Assembly: GCF_036321535.1 (NCBI RefSeq) | Contig: NC_087437.1 | Span: forward strand, 29,824,001 to 29,888,000 | DNA from: Camelus dromedarius | Lineage: Eukaryota | Direction: 5' to 3' | Length of the DNA: 64,000 bases | Part shown: positions 62,698 to 64,000 of the stretch, one piece after another | Numbering within the stretch: position 1 is the first letter of the stretch | Layout: each line of letters opens with the position of its first letter | Notes under the pieces: generated by a model | Told to the model about the DNA's origin: nothing | Seen by the model: the letters and a program-made list of their open reading frames with translations, nothing else | Databases searched by the model: none | Position numbers and translations under genes: made by a program

Positions 62698-63157
62698 GGA
62701 ACATTACTCATCCATAAAAAGAATGAAATTATACCATTTGCAGCAACATGGATGGACCTGGAGTTAGTCATACTAAGTGAAGTAAGCCAGAAAAACAAAG
62801 ACAAATACCATATGGTATCACTTCTATGTGGAATCTAAAATATGATTCAAATGAACTTATTTACAAAACAGAAAGAGACTCACATACATAGAAACCAAAC
62901 TATGGTTACCACAGGGGAAAGGGGGTGAGGAGAGATAAATTAGGATTTGAGGATTAACAGATACAAGCTACTGTATATAAAATAGATAAACAATAAGGTC
63001 ATACTATATATAGCACAGGGAACTATATTTAATATTCTATAATAAACCATGATGGAAAAGAATATGAAAAAGAATATATTTATGGATAACTGAATCGCTT
63101 TGTTATACACCTGTAACTAACACAACATTATAAATCAACTATACTTCAATTAAAAAA
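62238..63157 (+). mobile_element. 5'-truncated L1 (~920 bp; decayed ORF2 C-terminus and 3' UTR) with 15-bp TSD, sense to the gene
   Basis: ORF fragments [24 protein letters not shown] and KKNEIIPFAATWMDLELVILSEVSQ are L1 ORF2 C-terminal motifs; exact TSD atttgactgtctttt at 62223-62237 and 63159-63173; internal (CA)n at ~62665-62694. Confidence 0.95.
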
Positions 63158-63174
63158 CATTTGACTGTCTTTTA

Positions 63175-63480
63175 TATTCCAGGTCCTGTGGCTAGGCCCC
63201 AAGCATACAGTGTTGAACAAATCAGGCACAGCCTGTCCTGTAGCCCTTGCTGAGAGAGACAAAGGAAGACAAAATCATAATACAATCAATTATGATCATA
63301 GTAGGTACACGAAAGGAAAAGCAGTGAGGTTTATTAAAGACATACATACAATAAAGGAGCCTAATCCAGTCCAGAAGGGTCAGAGAAGGCTTCCTGGAGG
63401 AGATGAAATTTAACCCAAGACTTGAAGGGTGAGTGGGGCAAAGGGGAGCGCAGTAGGGAACAGGGAAGGCTGAGATGAAT
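63175..63480 (-). mobile_element. L2 LINE 3' end (split by the L1 insertion)
   Basis: ccaggtcctgtggctaggc...cagtgttgaacaaatcaggcacagcctgtcct...gggtcagagaaggcttcctggaggaga. Confidence 0.72.
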
Positions 63481-63856
63481 GACTCCCAGAGGGTTTCACA
63501 GGGCACCTGTAAACCCGTATTTGCTCCTGCTATGTGGATCAGGACTGGAAAACATCACTGGTGGCCACCCTCCTGGTGGCTGCACCAAGGGAGGCTGTCG
63601 ACTCTTCTGCTGTCCTGCAGCTCTTGCCACAGCATGAATCCACGTCAGAGTCTTTACCGTGTTGATGTATGTAAGTTACTTGCTGAGATGGTTCAACAGT
63701 TGGTCTTCTTGGAAAGACATTTTTTTTTTCCATTCCAGCTGCTAGCCTTCTTGCTGGATGTCTAGACTGAAGGCTGGCTGGTAGTTAACAGATCAGTGGA
63801 CACCTGTGAGCAGAGACAGTAGGTGTGGTAGTTCAGTTGCTGGCTGTGAATTCAGA

Positions 63857-64000
63857 AAGGCTCCGGCTCTGGGTTCAAACTGAGTCTCAGCTGTTTCAAG
63901 TTTTGACTTAAGCTCTCTTAGCCTTGGTTTTCTTATCTATAGAATGGGTATAATAGCCATCTCATAAAGTAGGCTGAAGATTAAATTAAATGAAAGCAGT
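63857..64000 (+). mobile_element. MIR SINE
   Basis: ctctgggttcaaactgagtctcagc...tagccttggttttcttatctatagaatggg...gaagattaaattaaatga. Confidence 0.7.

Larger units (their letters stand above)
3911..64000 (+). other. ARHGEF26: ARHGEF26 (SGEF) gene, 5' portion: exons 1-6 and part of intron 6; gene continues beyond the window
   Basis: Five spliced coding exons join into one open frame matching SGEF (MDGESEVDFSSNS... to ...[23 protein letters not shown]...). Start coordinate is an inferred TSS. Confidence 0.93.

Noticed and set aside
62457..62838. ORFs similar to reverse-transcriptase-protein C-terminus as a domesticated gene
   Set aside because: Frameshifted fragments of a 5'-truncated L1 ORF2 with a microsatellite inserted.
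32971..64000. Further ARHGEF26 exons, nested genes, processed pseudogenes or snoRNAs in intron 6
   Set aside because: No segment continuing the DH domain in phase 2 and no recognisable retrocopy or RNA gene found by eye; a covariance-model or BLAST search could still reveal small elements.
1..64000. CRISPR arrays, operons, prophage or other prokaryotic-type novel systems
   Set aside because: The sequence is mammalian intron-exon DNA; no regularly spaced repeat-spacer array or gene-dense region is present.

Overview
Mammalian (very likely camelid: Camelus/Vicugna/Lama) genomic DNA carrying the 5' half of ARHGEF26 (SGEF, an ephexin-family RhoG guanine nucleotide exchange factor) on the + strand. 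It has a CpG-island, TATA-less promoter (~3.5-5.5 kb) and a probable non-coding first exon ending at 4021. Five coding exons follow (4486-5562, 7065-7104, 10853-10998, 29719-29775, 32810-32970), with GT-AG boundaries and consistent phases 0,1,0,0,2; they give 1481 coding nt and reach the start of the DH domain. The remaining ~31 kb is intron 6, and I did not find the next exon in the window. Introns are filled with the usual eutherian repeats (MIR, L2, old and artiodactyl-type L1 3' ends, MaLR and ERV1 solo LTRs, TcMar and hAT DNA transposons), three tRNA-Ala-derived Vic-1-like SINEs and microsatellites. Nearly all other ORFs in the track are spurious. I see no evidence of a new multi-gene system. 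The best leads are small: a SINE-donated poly(A) signal just behind an exon-2 read-through stop, an overlapping uORF, an apparently eroded polyproline tract, a 53-bp dispersed duplication and a polyadenylated MaLR-tail retrocopy. Repeat family names and comparisons with the human gene come from memory of consensus sequences, not from a search, and repeat boundaries are approximate.
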